From: Amoebophrya sp. A120
Taxonomy: Eukaryota > Protista > Dinoflagellata
Direction of reading: 5' to 3'
Length of the DNA: 64,000 nt
Assembly: GCA_905178155.1 (NCBI GenBank)
Contig: CAJINV010000004.1
Span: 2,916,460 to 2,980,459 of the forward strand
Positions 1 through 11,409 of the stretch are shown here, one piece after another. The notes below the pieces were generated by a model. It saw only the letters and a program-made list of their open reading frames with translations, was not told the DNA's origin and did no database searches. The position numbers and the translations under genes were made by a program. How positions within the stretch are numbered: position 1 is the stretch's first letter; each line of letters begins with the position of its first letter.

Positions 1-2407
1 GGAGGGGAATGGTGGTGGGCGAGTTTTTACTCCTGTTGTTCCAACAACTTCATTCTCTTCAGGACCTTGCTGTTCCCACCCTGTTCCCGACAGGTACTCG
101 TCGAGTTTCGGCTGAAATTCCGCTTCCCAGCGGGTTTTCTGAACTTGGGGCTGCTGGTGCGCGGTTAGAGGTGGTTCTTCTTGCTTTTCGACGTTTTGGT
201 CGTCATTTTCAGCCGCCGGTGGACACTGCAGCATGTGCGCCGCGTCGTTTTCGCCCCAGTTGTGCGGGAATCCGGAGCCGATGTGCTTCCACTTGGCCGC
301 GAAGAAAGAGGTCAAGCCTGTGTCCTTAATCGCCTGCATGACGCCGGGAAAATAGAAGTCGTGGAAGATCAGCGTGTGGACGCAGCACGCCAGCTTCGAC
401 AGCACTGCGTTAATGTCGAATAGCACCGCCGCGTGATCGTGCAGGGCGTCGATGAAGACGACGTCGATTCGGGTCGAGGAGAGCGCTAGCGGCCACGTGG
501 CCCCCTCCTGATACAGGTCGAAGTTGAGCTTCAACAGATTCGGGTAGTTCGGCACCACCAGTTTGGTCAGCTGCGTCCGCTTCTCGATGCAGATCACCCG
601 GTGGAAGAGCTTTACACGGATTTATCATTGTACAGGCGGCAGGGACGAGGAACAAAGGTGCTTTCACTGGTGGCGGTTGAGAATTTGATAATATCGATGT
701 GAATGTACTACCTACGCTACAACTAAATGCAGAAAATACACACAAGTCAGGTCGTCTACCAGGGGGCCCCCAGGGCTCCTTCTCAACTCAATGCGAAAGT
801 GAGCAAGTCAGTACCCACATTGCCCTTGTTACCGAAGCTTCTGCGAAAAAAGAAGCAACAATGCTCCTCACACCGCCACGATCGCTGAGCTTTATTAGAT
901 GAAGGCTCTAGAAGCCAGGTGCGTTCTCCATGACACTGAAGAAGCCGCCGATCTTATCAACGCTATTTTGGATTCGATAATACACGTCGCAATTTTTCCA
1001 TGACGCCTGGCAGGATTTTCATTTGCGTTTCTTACAGTATCCGCGTGGTTTCTCCGCTGGCGCATCCCAATTCCAGAATGGTCTCGTTTTGTCGCCGGCC
1101 GAGAGGTATGCGTTGCAAATAACTATGCCTGGTGGACCTGCTGAAAAAGTCGGAATTGTCTTACTCGTCTGGCACTCCAGGGAAATCGGTACTGCATGAG
1201 TGACTAAGACCCCAGCAGCTTCATTTGTCATGCAAAAACGCAGTTACCATCTGTAAATTGTAGAGCGCATGACCACCACAGAGGGTCCACCGACAAACAT
1301 GTCATGCAGCGTGGCTGCAGTGAGGAGTAGCGCTTCCTTCATGCAAACTGCAACTTCCGCATCACAAATTAGCTCGCTCCAGACGGTCGAGACATATATC
1401 TATTTGCGATGGATAAAACGGAAATGTTTGATCAGGTCGTGGTGGAGCTTGGAGTATCCCGTGCGAAAGCAATGTCGCGCGTGTTGTAATCCTCAGCATC
1501 ACAAATTTTATTTTTCTCAATTTGTCATGTTGACCGAGCTTAAATTTCAACTTGCAATGCCAATGCAGTTACGACTAGCGCAGACTTGTTCTACTTTTGC
1601 AATTCGTATGGACGTGGTCAACGTTTGATTCGCCTGCCGGTCGGAAAACGTGCTGTACGTTTCAAACCGAGCGGAGCCGTCCCCGTCTTCCGCGTCACCA
1701 GCAGGAAGAGTGCTTTTCTCTGGAAGATGTTGAGCAAACACGCCGGCATAGCGGAACTCCGGGAACTGCGGTCCAAAGAGTTCTGTTTCGTTCTGCAGGA
1801 ATTGCGCTGCGTGCACAATCCGCTCGTCTGCTTCATCGGGTGGACGAGGTGACGCAGGCATATGCATACCTTCGTCGTCGAACACGGCCGCGTGTTGCCG
1901 CGGTTCGGTCCTGTGCCCGTTCGTCGCCTTAACAACCCGCTCTCGAACCGAGTCACTTCCCACTGCCCGCGGTCTGCGAAACGGGTAGCGCCCGATCGAC
2001 ACACCCACCTGGCTCCGGCAGAAACCACGTCCGGGGTAATAGCCGGGCCTCAAGGTGTTCGTCGCTGAGCTCTGTCGGCAGAACAGGTTGGCGTGTGAGG
2101 GAAGCACATCGTGGTGGTAGCACATTTCCGACCGTTGGCGCGGCGCATCCAAGAGTCCGGGGTTGCTGGAAATGGAAATGCCGGGTGGCTCTTGATCGTT
2201 CCGCAGAGTCCAAAATGATGACGAACCTCCAGCAGCAGCTGCTCTTGTGAAAAGGAAAGAACTGAAGAGTGTGCCCCTGTACATGTACTCCACGTCGGAA
2301 AACAGGTAGTGCTTGCACCAACTATTTAGGACGATACTCACGGAAATGAGGAAAGACGACGCGCGCATGATTTTAAAAGAATGAGGGTTGACCGCGTCGA
2401 GTCGCAT
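1..2407 (-). CDS. Class I SAM-dependent methyltransferase (Methyltransf_24-like), multi-exon, runs off the window start (3' partial)
   Basis: Manual splicing gives ...TLTTSKLHHDLIKHF|..GRRQNETILELGCASGETTRIL (SAM motif I, ~1035-1100). An open exon at 1-612, absent from the ORF track, then reads KLFHRVICIE...IDVVFIDALHDHAAVLFDI...LIFHDFYFPGVMQAI. Introners at 1107-1415 and 1455-1608; the junction of the 613-1035 intron is unresolved. Confidence 0.8.
1107..1415. mobile_element. Introner-type non-canonical intron (degenerate)
   Basis: TIR TATGCGTTGCAAATA / TATTTGCGATGGATA; flanks AGAGG/AAACG (3/5). Removal links HHDLIKHF to GRRQNETILELG in frame. Internal TTTGTCATGCA and GCATCACAAAT motifs. Confidence 0.65.
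1455..1608. mobile_element. Introner, family A
   Basis: TGGAG|TATCCCGTGCGAAAG...TACTTTTGCAATTCGTA|TGGAC. Ends resemble the copies at 22302 and 37743. Removal gives TTSKLHH. Confidence 0.8.
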
Positions 2408-3109
2408 CTTGGCGTGCGGTGTGGTTCAAACGACACTCAAGATAGAATACGAGTGGACAGGGGACAACAGCACTAGAAATTACCAAAAATGTCGTAAATA
2501 ATTGTGCTAGTTCACGACCAAAAATACAACTATGGATACGAATTGATCGTGGTGCAAGGAGAACGAAGAGTATCATCCCAATCTAGACGAAGCAAAGAAC
2601 CAACAGGAAGAGGTAAAGAAAATAAAATATCAACGTGCCGAATGCGAATTTACGTTTAGCATCTACTTCTACGAAAGCCAAATAAAAAACGCCTAGAATA
2701 GGATATGATATCAGCCTGCTAAACCTCGCCCGGTTGGCCGTAACAAACTTCAGACTAAACCCTATCATAACAGATCTGTCCCTTCGGATTTTGATTTCAA
2801 TGTCTGCCAATTGATAAGAACAAAAAAATAAGGATCGCGGCGCTTACCAGAAGACAATCTCCTGTCAGAACGATGATTACGACATAAAAGCGGCTCCGCA
2901 GAGGCAGAAGTGAAAGTCCTAGGCGTCCTAATAAAAGCACGTAAACACATGGTTCACAAAAATAAAAATAATGAGCGACAGGAACACAAAAATAATGCAT
3001 GAGTTGCAGGAAAAGGCCCTCCAGATGAATCGGGACCACTCAAACAAGAACTAAATAACAACAGCCACGAAGGTGCCTGGTCACAAACATCCACACATTC
3101 ATGCTTCAC

Positions 3110-3570
3110 TGGGCCGGCCGGGGGGCCAGCCACTGCTAGCTAGCCGCGCGCGCGCGGCCCGCCGGCTGCTGCTTCGGGGCACGCAAATTAATGGCCACGC
3201 CCACGGACGAAGCCAGGCGCCTCGGGCATTTCCTGCACAAAGCGACCGGGCAAAGGGCGCCCGGCCGGCGCCCGCGCGCTCCATTCGTAGACGAGACAAA
3301 CACAGCGCCGCCCGGCTACGGGAGACGGCACAGGCAGCCGCAGCGAGCGAAATAATGGCGACCACCACCGAGGGGGTGCGCGCGCAGGACTGCCGGCGCG
3401 CGTAATAGGCCGGGGGCTGCCAAGAACCATGGCGCTGGACCAGCCTACCCAACCAGCCCCGGCGCTGACTGCTCCTGCGCGGGCGAGGTCACCGCCCCCG
3501 CCCCCGGCCCAGCTGTCTGGATGCATTACGCCGGCGCGGCCGCGCGCACATGGGGCGCGGAAGCGCTCGC
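3110..3570. other. GC-rich degenerate island
   Basis: Abrupt, very GC-rich tract (gcgcgc/ggccc runs); ORFs in all frames are Ala/Arg/Pro/Gly-rich with no recognisable motif. Confidence 0.6.
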
Positions 3571-4492
3571 ATCACTGACGCGCAGCGCGTTGATTCTCGA
3601 GTCGCTGACGCCGATCTCTTGCCTCACGCGCCACGACTTGCGCCGGAGGTGGTGTCGCTGACTGCATTCGCCCCCGACCACGCTCTTGCATCTCTTCGAA
3701 GATCAGGCTCGTCCCGATTTCAGTTTCAACTTCCCACGCGAGGCACTCGACCACTCTGAAGCCCCACAATCTCCGGACCACGGGACTGATGACTCGGCTC
3801 TCGACGAAGAGACCTGGTGATGTCGTTGTGTTTATCAATGAAGAAACTCCTCATGATCACGGACAGGTGGGATCTTTCTTTTTGATGCATGTAAAAGATA
3901 TGAAGGCGCAATCATAATACGCAATCGCTCCTCGCGAAAAACATCTGCTTCAGCATCAACAAAACTACGAAACGGTGGTAGTTCTAGTCGTACCGTCTGC
4001 CAATTTTCTGTCAACACTGCGCGCTGCGTAGAGGAGGGCTGGCATACGTGGTACGAAAAAGGTCAACTTAACTCCCGGACGAATGACCTTTTTTTTTTTA
4101 GGTGTTTTTGTGTTATACGATATTCAATGACTCCCTACCATCTCTCGTCGTCATCAGTAAATCCATCACTCTCGTCGTCTCATGCTCCCCATCTCCTTTG
4201 ATTGTAGTGGTCAATTATCGTGGCAACCTCTGCCGTGGACGAATGAAAACTCCAATGCTAGCTTTCAGGAGATAGAGATAATAATAAGTGAAATATAATT
4301 GCGCACGACATGTGCGCTGGTGGTTCGCTACTGGCCACACGACCTACGCCAGAGTTAACTGCTCGCTCTCGTGGCCGACAGGTATACATGCGATGCCGAT
4401 CAACACAAAGATAAAGAAGCAAATATAAATGGCAATGACGTAACTCTTACGCAACGTCCACTGTAAAAAGCGCCTCTCATAGTTTCTTTTTG

Positions 4493-4625
4493 GTTCACTC
4501 CATCCCTCGGCTGCTCAAGATGGGACTGCCCATCGCTATCGCTTTAAGAAGGAAGCCTGCCAGGACTGGGGTCCTTTAAGAAGCCTGCGGGCTATATCAT
4601 ATCAGATCTATGTTGAAGTTAATCT
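4493..4625. repeat. Probable dispersed high-copy repeat / TE end
   Basis: Internal direct repeat CTTTAAGAAG(GAAG)CCTGC x2, lying next to a GC island. I recall its translation from many Amoebophrya predicted proteins, but this is unverified recollection. Confidence 0.35.
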
Positions 4626-4899
4626 TAATTTGCTCAATGATGAAAAAGAATACTAAGGACCGCGCTGAACCAACGACGACCACAATAACAGGCTGTAGTA
4701 GACACGAACATCGAGGAAGGAATAGACACGAACAAGGAAGGTCGAGGCCGAGTGCCTGATCACCAGAAGGCGTCGCTGCTCGGCTGAGTGCGTACAAAGG
4801 TGCCACTGCGGGCCGCACGCAGTCTGTATTTATAGCACCTCCTCTGCAACCACGGCGAAAACAAGGTAAATACCCACCGATCCTCCACCGACGGATGGG

Positions 4900-5330
4900 G
4901 CTGCTAGCTGCAGCGAGCTGCGGAGCGCCTACGTGGCGGGCCCCGGGGCCAAGTGGCCCGCGCTAGCGGGCATGGGGGCAAAAAAATGGGCGATGTCCCT
5001 GGCGGGCAAAACCCCATCTGGCACGCAATCCAGGGTGGGCAGGCTCGTGCACGGTCCCGCCACGGGGCTACCGAAGCTGCCGGGGGCGGGCCCGGGCGGC
5101 CCTTCCGGGTGTTGGCCCCGACATCGCCCGGCCATTGCCGGGGGCCCATTCAAACGGCCCGCGCGCGGCGGAACGAAGCGGGCCAGAAGCAAGGCCGGCG
5201 CCCGGCGGCCTGGGGCCGGCCAAATGCAAAAAATAAGCGGCCCGGGCTAGGGCGCACGGCACAGACAGAGACGGCGCGCGCGGCCCGCCTATAGGCATCA
5301 ACGAAGGAACGCGGCGCGTGCGCGGTCGAT
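4900..5330. other. GC-rich degenerate island
   Basis: Same compositional signature as 3110-3570. Confidence 0.6.
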
Positions 5331-5945
5331 GGAGTCGGCGCCGCTCCTTGTTAGCGCCCGCCCCAGAAAGCTCGATGCTTCGCAGCGTAGTGCTCCAAGG
5401 CGGCGCGATGCTCTGCAGGATGGACGACATTCCTCCTCCATTGATTACCATGGCAGCAGAAGTTGGCGCTCAATTGAAAACGAAAGCTGCAAAGCGCTCG
5501 CCTTTTTTGATGTTGAATTGAGGTCGTGCGTGAGTACTGAAGAACCACACTACGTCTACTTGCGACGCAATTGCATCAAGCGCCGTGTCTCTTGTCTTCT
5601 GATTTCTCCGTAGAGAAGAAGTTTCCTCGTAGTGAATGTTGCTGCTTCGTCCTCTTTCGGATTTGAAAAAGAAACCAAGAGCAAAAGCTGGCTGGCCCAA
5701 CATATGGGTGTGGCCACGCCCAAGATCTCTCTCAGACCTACGCTCGCTCCTGCATGGATCTGCATCTTTCTCAGAAAAAACGCTCGAAGGCGTGTAAAGG
5801 TTAAGGTGACATTTGGCCGAAGAACAATCACAGGAACAGTCCGTAGGACTTGGCGAGCGCGAGACTGACCCTGCGCGACTTAGACATGCCAGGCTCCTGC
5901 CGCTCTGCCTTGGTTCAATAGATTCACACAATTTCAATTACCGCA

Positions 5946-6005
5946 TTTTTTCTCAACAAAAGTCTATCTGAGACTTTTTCCCCAACAAAAGTCAATCCCA
6001 GACTT
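5946..6005. repeat. Two-copy ~29-bp tandem repeat
   Basis: TTTTCTCAACAAAAGTCTATCTGAGACT / TTTTCCCCAACAAAAGTCAATCCCAGACT. Confidence 0.7.
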
Positions 6006-6699
6006 GGCATCCCGCCTTCAAGTTCACTCACGTTTGCAAAATTGCAACTAATAATCAATCCTGCAGTTTTGGCCTCTATCGTACAAGATCAAAATCAAAC
6101 ATGATGAAAACGAAAGGACACCAGTTCGCCCCAGCGAATTAGTTGCCACTGCTTCCTGGAGCGACCAGTGTGCCACCATAGTTCTCCTTAGATAGTGTGT
6201 GAAGACACAGGAATAGAAACGCACTTCATTTTTCACAAACTCAAATTCTGAAAATGGTATAAGGAACAAAAGGAAGTTCTACTATTGCTTTATTATATTG
6301 GTTCATTTCATACTTATTCTTGATCAAATTCAACGCAAAAACAAAATCAGCTATGTGCTCGCTTCTTGCGCCGCACTGTCAAAGTTTCTGATTGTAAGCA
6401 GTTGATGACCAGCGTTAGGTAGTCGCAAAAACAAAATCAAAATCGTGCTTTCAGGTCACGAAAGAAGAATTGGGTCGTAGATCAGTTCAATTCAATTCTA
6501 CACGTTACTTAGCTTGAGTCGGTATAGGGAAGCTTGCCGCACTCAAAGTCGATAAAAACGTGCCTCCTGCGACGCCTGTTTCGATTATTGTTGTGATGAG
6601 TCCGGCAGGAGGAAGTCCGCTTCTTCTAGCGAACCACGAGGTACGTGCCGTCACTTTCTTTTTGAAACCGTAAAAAATCTGCCTGGTTCTGGGAAGATA

Positions 6700-7100
6700 C
6701 AGAAGACGCATTTTTTTTACCATCTTCGAGGGAGCCCAAAGTATATGCACGTCATACTTCTTTCAGTCATGACTTTATACGAGCAGCTCTTGTGGCGGCT
6801 CTCTAGGTCTACCTTTCTTTTTAAAATACATTTTTTTCTCAAGCCAGAATGGCAGCTACTTTTTTCATTACAACTTCTGCTCTGCATCTTTCCAGCACCA
6901 GACTAGTCGTCTGCAATTGGTAGAAGCGGGTCGCAGGCTTTTCGGATTTTTGGTCGTCCTTCTCCTAAGCGTCAATCTCCAGTTTCGTGCGGTCGGAGCG
7001 AAATTGCTCCACCGACGACGCCACGAACCTGCTGAAAACCTGCTCGTCGAGTTTCGTGGCCATGGACACGGTGGGGTCGATGATCAGCTTCTTGGCATTA
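6700..7100 (-). pseudogene. Degenerate coding fragment
   Basis: One frame reads NAKKLIIDPTVSMATKLDEQVFSRFVASSVEQFRSDRTKLEIDA*EKDDQK...KKVAAILA*, with gene-like codons interrupted by stops. Confidence 0.4.
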
Positions 7101-9709
7101 CCTGTTTTTCCGTAGTGTATTGTTTGAAAAGGAGTTTCAGGCTCAGATGAGTATTCTCAGACTCGCCGTAGCAGCTAAGCACGCATGTCAAAATACGGCT
7201 CCTGACGATCGCATCACACTCGTCCCGAAACGCATATCATATGACTTACATTTGCGCTCTTTCTTGCGCGGTTGCAAATTGCTTTTACGAATAGCAATAC
7301 CATGCTCCTTTGTAGAAAAGTATCTATGGACATTCAAATGCTATACCGTTTGCCCACAGCTCGTCCAGCTCGGTGAGTTTATTCAACTTCCGAAACGTCC
7401 AGCTCGATACGTTGAATGTCACGTCAAATCTCGCGAGTAAGGGAGCCGCGGTCTTTACCTTGTTTGTTTTTTTTGGTTGAGGAAACCTTTCTACAGCTGC
7501 AAGCCATGAAGACGTCTGATCAGACCATGCAGAGAAAGTTTTCCAAGACCCCGATGAGGAAGGCAGGCTGACCTCTTCCGACAGCCAGGAGTGATGTCTA
7601 CACGACAGTTGGCATAGATGATGAAAAGCAAATAACAACCAAGAGTTACAGCGATGAAAAACGTATTCGCTTTCAAAAATCAAATTTTTTTTTGCCCCCC
7701 TTGAGGGTGGGTCCAGATAGGACCCCGCCGGTGGCCTCGTTGAACTGGAAGGCGTCGGGCAGGTGAGTCGCGGGACCTTTTTTCGTTACCTGAATTACTG
7801 GAGTATGTTGATGATGTCACTGGAGTTGTCTTATTATCTAGCTAGCTTGTCGCGGTGATAGGTAGGGTAAATTTGAGCTCGCATTTGAAGACGTTTTTTT
7901 GCATAGTCCATTGTTGCCGGCGCCGACGCCCCGGAGCTGCGTATCGTCGTGAGTGGCATGTTGGGCACCACTCCAAACACCAAGCCCCGCAACAGAAATG
8001 AAGAAGGACAAACTCTGGCAGAAGATAGTTGCGGCCTGAGATGAACGGTGGAGACTAGTGGCAGCTGGCGCTCATACAAAAAAGCGACGCTCTTTCACCT
8101 GCCTCGGGTTGTTGCGGTGTGTCCGCCCAATTTTGAACACCTTTGGTCTGGGCCCAGGAAAACAGTTGAACCGGCTCGGGCACGTGTCAAAGACTTGAAA
8201 AAGCTGCAAGGCCACGGCCGGCCTTGGTTTGCGCGCATTTTTTGGCGCAAAACACCCATACGGCCGGGGCGCTTCATAGTGGCCCGCTTCTGAGACGAAA
8301 GCGGCTGGCCGCTAAGTTGGCCGCTATGTCGGCCGGCTAGAGTTCGCCCCTCACGGCCCACCACAGCGCAGGGCCTTTTTTGGGAAATCTGGCGCCAAAT
8401 TTCCAAGCCCCGCGCGGCTTTGGCGCATCACGCATGGCCGAAGAATGTGCCCGGGTCCGCCAGACAATTTCTGCCCGGGCGGATTTGCCAGAGATGGCGC
8501 GGCGAAGGGGGGGCGCGGGAAGACCCCCTACTAGGCGCAGGGGCTTTCCTCATTTGGGGTTCTGGCGCCCCAAGATAAAAGACGCGACAGAGTGGCGCTC
8601 CCGCGGGCGCGCGAGCGGATAGTTTTTCTTATCACCTGTGGCGGCAGTGTTGGCATGCTTTCGCACTACCCCCAACGCGCCGCACCCACCCAAAAAGCGC
8701 TAGCGCGGCCGTTGCCCCGCCTGGGAAAACGGGGGAAAGCGCCTGCGACCGTCCCTCTCCCCGGCCCGCCATGTAAGTCGGGAGCCCCACCAAATGAAAT
8801 GGGCGCAAACTTGGCCAAACAGATTGCGGAGCCGACGGGGCCCGCTGCATGCCTTGAGCAACCGCGGGCGATGCGCTTTTCCGCAAGGCGTTCGCCTTTG
8901 GCAATGGTTGCTCCGAGTAGAGGCCGCATTCGCTCGCCCCTCGGCGGGCAGGTCCGACTGCGAGATGCGCAGTTCCGGGTCGGGCGCGCATGGGCTAGCG
9001 GTGGCGCCGTTTTTTTGCATGCGCCAGAGGGGCAGCCGGCACGCCAACAAGTGCCGCAAGCGGTCGCAAGTCGCTCAAGGCCTGCGGCCTTTCGCCGGGG
9101 GGGAAATAAGTCGCAAGCGCTTGCGCGGCGGGCTGGCTCGCGCGGCCAACCGCCTGGCAGCCACGAAGGCGACACGCAGGCCTTTCAAATACGAAGACAG
9201 ACATGACCGCGATGTGGGCTGCCAAACCGCCGAGATGCCGGGCCAAAGCATTTACCACTTAGGCGGCATCTTTTCACTAGGCTTGGGCGCAGAGCTGTTG
9301 GGTCCGTGGCAATGATTATTTCGGCCTCCCGGGAGCCCGAATAATCCTCGCTCAAGGCGTGCCCTTGACCCTCCTTTATGCCCCCCCCTTGAATACCTTT
9401 TTTTGGCACCCAAAAATCGCGAATACCTTTTTTACAGGAGCGGAAAAAGGTACTCACTCGATTTTTATGCCCCTTCCTATGTGCGGCCAAAGCCCTTCAG
9501 ATGACCGACGCAAATGGCCACGGTTTTGGTCCTTCTGGTGGTCAAGGTTTGGCCATGTCGACTCAGGTTATCAAAATGTTGCAAAACTCTTTTCCTGGTA
9601 CAAAGATAGCGAGCATCGCCCGAATGCGGTGGCTCGGCGCGCAGATGGTAGTAGGGTGGTTTCCCAAAAGTTCCGGGCTTCTGTTGGCGTGTTTGCATGA
9701 GCTGGCCGC

Positions 9710-9960
9710 TATCCGGGACAAAAAACGCGCCCACAGTGGGAATTCACGTCGCAGCCTTGTGCATGGGCATTAGCGTCGCAGCTTGAGCATGGCGAATTGA
9801 GTGGATGTGTCATGCAAGGTAGGGAGTTTGTCACGCAATATAGAGGATTTGTAAAAATGCAGGAAATTCGACGCGGTCGCGATTTTGTCATGCAAGGCTT
9901 CATATTTTGGCAATTGCGATGCAGCCACATTGTGGGTTCGTTTTTCCATACGATAGGATA
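9710..9960. mobile_element. Introner nested in the TIR element
   Basis: GCCGC|TATCC...AAAAACGCGCCCACA ... TGTGGGTTCGTTTTT...GGATA|TCCAC; internal TGTCATGCA copies. Confidence 0.65.
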
Positions 9961-10201
9961 TCCACAGTTTGGCGACGTCGTGCAGCTGCTGGCCGTCCAC
10001 CCCGAAGAGGTCGACCCCGAGACGCTTCCACCTAACGAGGACGTCGAGCCGCCGGGGGTCGACGGTCTTTATGCTGCTCCGCCCGACACGGCTACGACGG
10101 TCCGGAGAACCCATTTGCAGCAAGCGCAGGAATGGATGAGGACGAGCAAGGGAATGACCACGCGGAGAACCATGGGAGTGGCAAGCTGTCCGACCTGCAG
10201 A

Positions 10202-10520
10202 TATGCACGGAAAAACGTCACCCCTGTTGACCAAATTTGTATTGCTGATTTCGTGGCATGGCGCAGATTGCCATGCTGAATTTGTCATGCATGCCGGGGA
10301 GCTGCGACTCCCTATCATCCTGGGCTAAAAATGGTCCCTGCGTTACAGGCTGCACATATCGCGCGTGACAAGTTTTTTGGTATATCTAACTGCGCAAAAG
10401 TGCCGCGGTCTTGCGAAGATTTGTAATGCAGTTTCGGCTCGGTGTGTGAATTTGTCATGCATAACTAAGACGAAAGAGCAATACAAATTTGGCAGGGGGT
10501 GATTCGTTTTTCATGGGATG
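10202..10520. mobile_element. Introner nested in the TIR element
   Basis: About 40-bp TIR GAAAAACGTCACCCCTG..CCAAATTTGTATTGCT / AGCAATACAAATTTGGCAGGGGGTGATTCGTTTTTC; TSD and right-hand TA are degenerate. Confidence 0.7.
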
Positions 10521-10591
10521 ACGAAGGATCCGGAACCTACAGCGGAGTCTCTTGAATATTTCGAAGGAGTGGGGCACATTCTCGGGGAGCC

Positions 10592-10747
10592 TATCCATTG
10601 CAAAAGTATCACACCAACATAAATTGCAGCCATGCGTCTACAGATCTGTTGTCCTAACGTACTACGCATCACAAATCCCGGCTGTCTCCTTGAAAAATTT
10701 AATATTGTGTCGCAATTTATAACAGTGCGATATTTTTGCAAAGCATA
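10592..10747. mobile_element. Introner, family A, nested in the TIR element
   Basis: GAGCC|TATCCATTGCAAAAGTATCACAC...GTGCGATATTTTTGCAAAGCATA|GAGCC. Confidence 0.85.
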
Positions 10748-11258
10748 GAGCCTCTACGCCGCCAATTTCTCCCTTGACAAGCTGCACCTCGCAACGACAT
10801 TCGACGCCGAATATTGAGTCCCGAAGAGATGGCGGGCGTTTCACCGGAACCAGTGGGAGAACTGTTGTCGAGTCTGGGCGTGGTCGATCACTAGCCGCGG
10901 CGCTTCGGACTGGTGCCCAGACCGGATGGCATTGCTGGGAGGCTCCTGTCGCTGATGAGTGTCTACCTGCTGCCGACATCTGTCACAAAACGTCTCAAAT
11001 GCTATCTACTTTACACTAGCTATCACCGCGACAAGCTACATACCTTCATTCGCATTCTCATTCATCACTATCAGGCTACATCTCAAAAAAAAGGAATTGA
11101 TAGGTCGGAGAATCCGGAGCCGCTTGTGGGGCCGCTGAGCCGGGTGACGCGGATGAGGACAGTCGGGCCGGATGCTGTAAAGGGGCCTCAAAAAAATTTG
11201 AATTTTGAAAGCGAATACGTTTTTCACCCTTGTAAGAGTGTACCACCGCTTCGGCCGT

Positions 11259-11409
11259 AACGCCCACTTTTTTGGCGATGGTGGTGCCTGCGGTCGCCGT
11301 CCCGCGCGACGATGCGCGGGGACCGAGGTCTGCTTGAACGCCCACTTCTTTCGCGATGGATGGTGGTGCCTGCGGTCGCCGTCCCGCGCGACGATGCGCG
11401 GAGACCGAG
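11259..11409. repeat. Two-copy ~78-bp direct repeat just outside the element's right end
   Basis: AACGCCCACTT..GCGATGG..TGGTGCCTGCGGTCGCCGTCCCGCGCGACGATGCGCGG.GACCGAG at 11259 and 11337. Confidence 0.85.

Larger units (their letters stand above)
8040..10960 (+). pseudogene. Decayed intron-containing gene inside the TIR element (possible transposase, not identified)
   Basis: Protein-like fragments: KWPRFWSFWWSRFGHVDSGYQNVAKLFSWYKD; PKVPGFCWRVCMSWP|QFGDVVQLLAVHPEE; SDLQ|RIRNLQRSLLNISKEWGTFSG|SLYAANFSLDKLH. They join across three introners but contain stops and frameshifts. No DDE motif could be recognised by eye. Confidence 0.45.
7647..11234. mobile_element. 3.6-kb TIR DNA transposon-like element with 5-bp TSD (AGAGT)
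   Basis: Left end AGAGT|TACAGCGATGAAAAACGTATTCGCTTTCAAAAATCAAATTTTTTT; right end AAAAAAATTTGAATTTTGAAAGCGAATACGTTTTTCACCCTTGTA|AGAGT. A second perfect 19-bp inverted match (7843-7861 vs 11020-11038) sits exactly 196 bp from each end. Confidence 0.85.

Noticed and set aside
1162-1396. Alternative introner boundaries (TGTCT/TATCT) in the methyltransferase
   Set aside because: This needs a 4-bp rather than 5-bp join at the neighbouring intron and yields a less methyltransferase-like peptide than the 1107-1415 model. It is not fully excluded.
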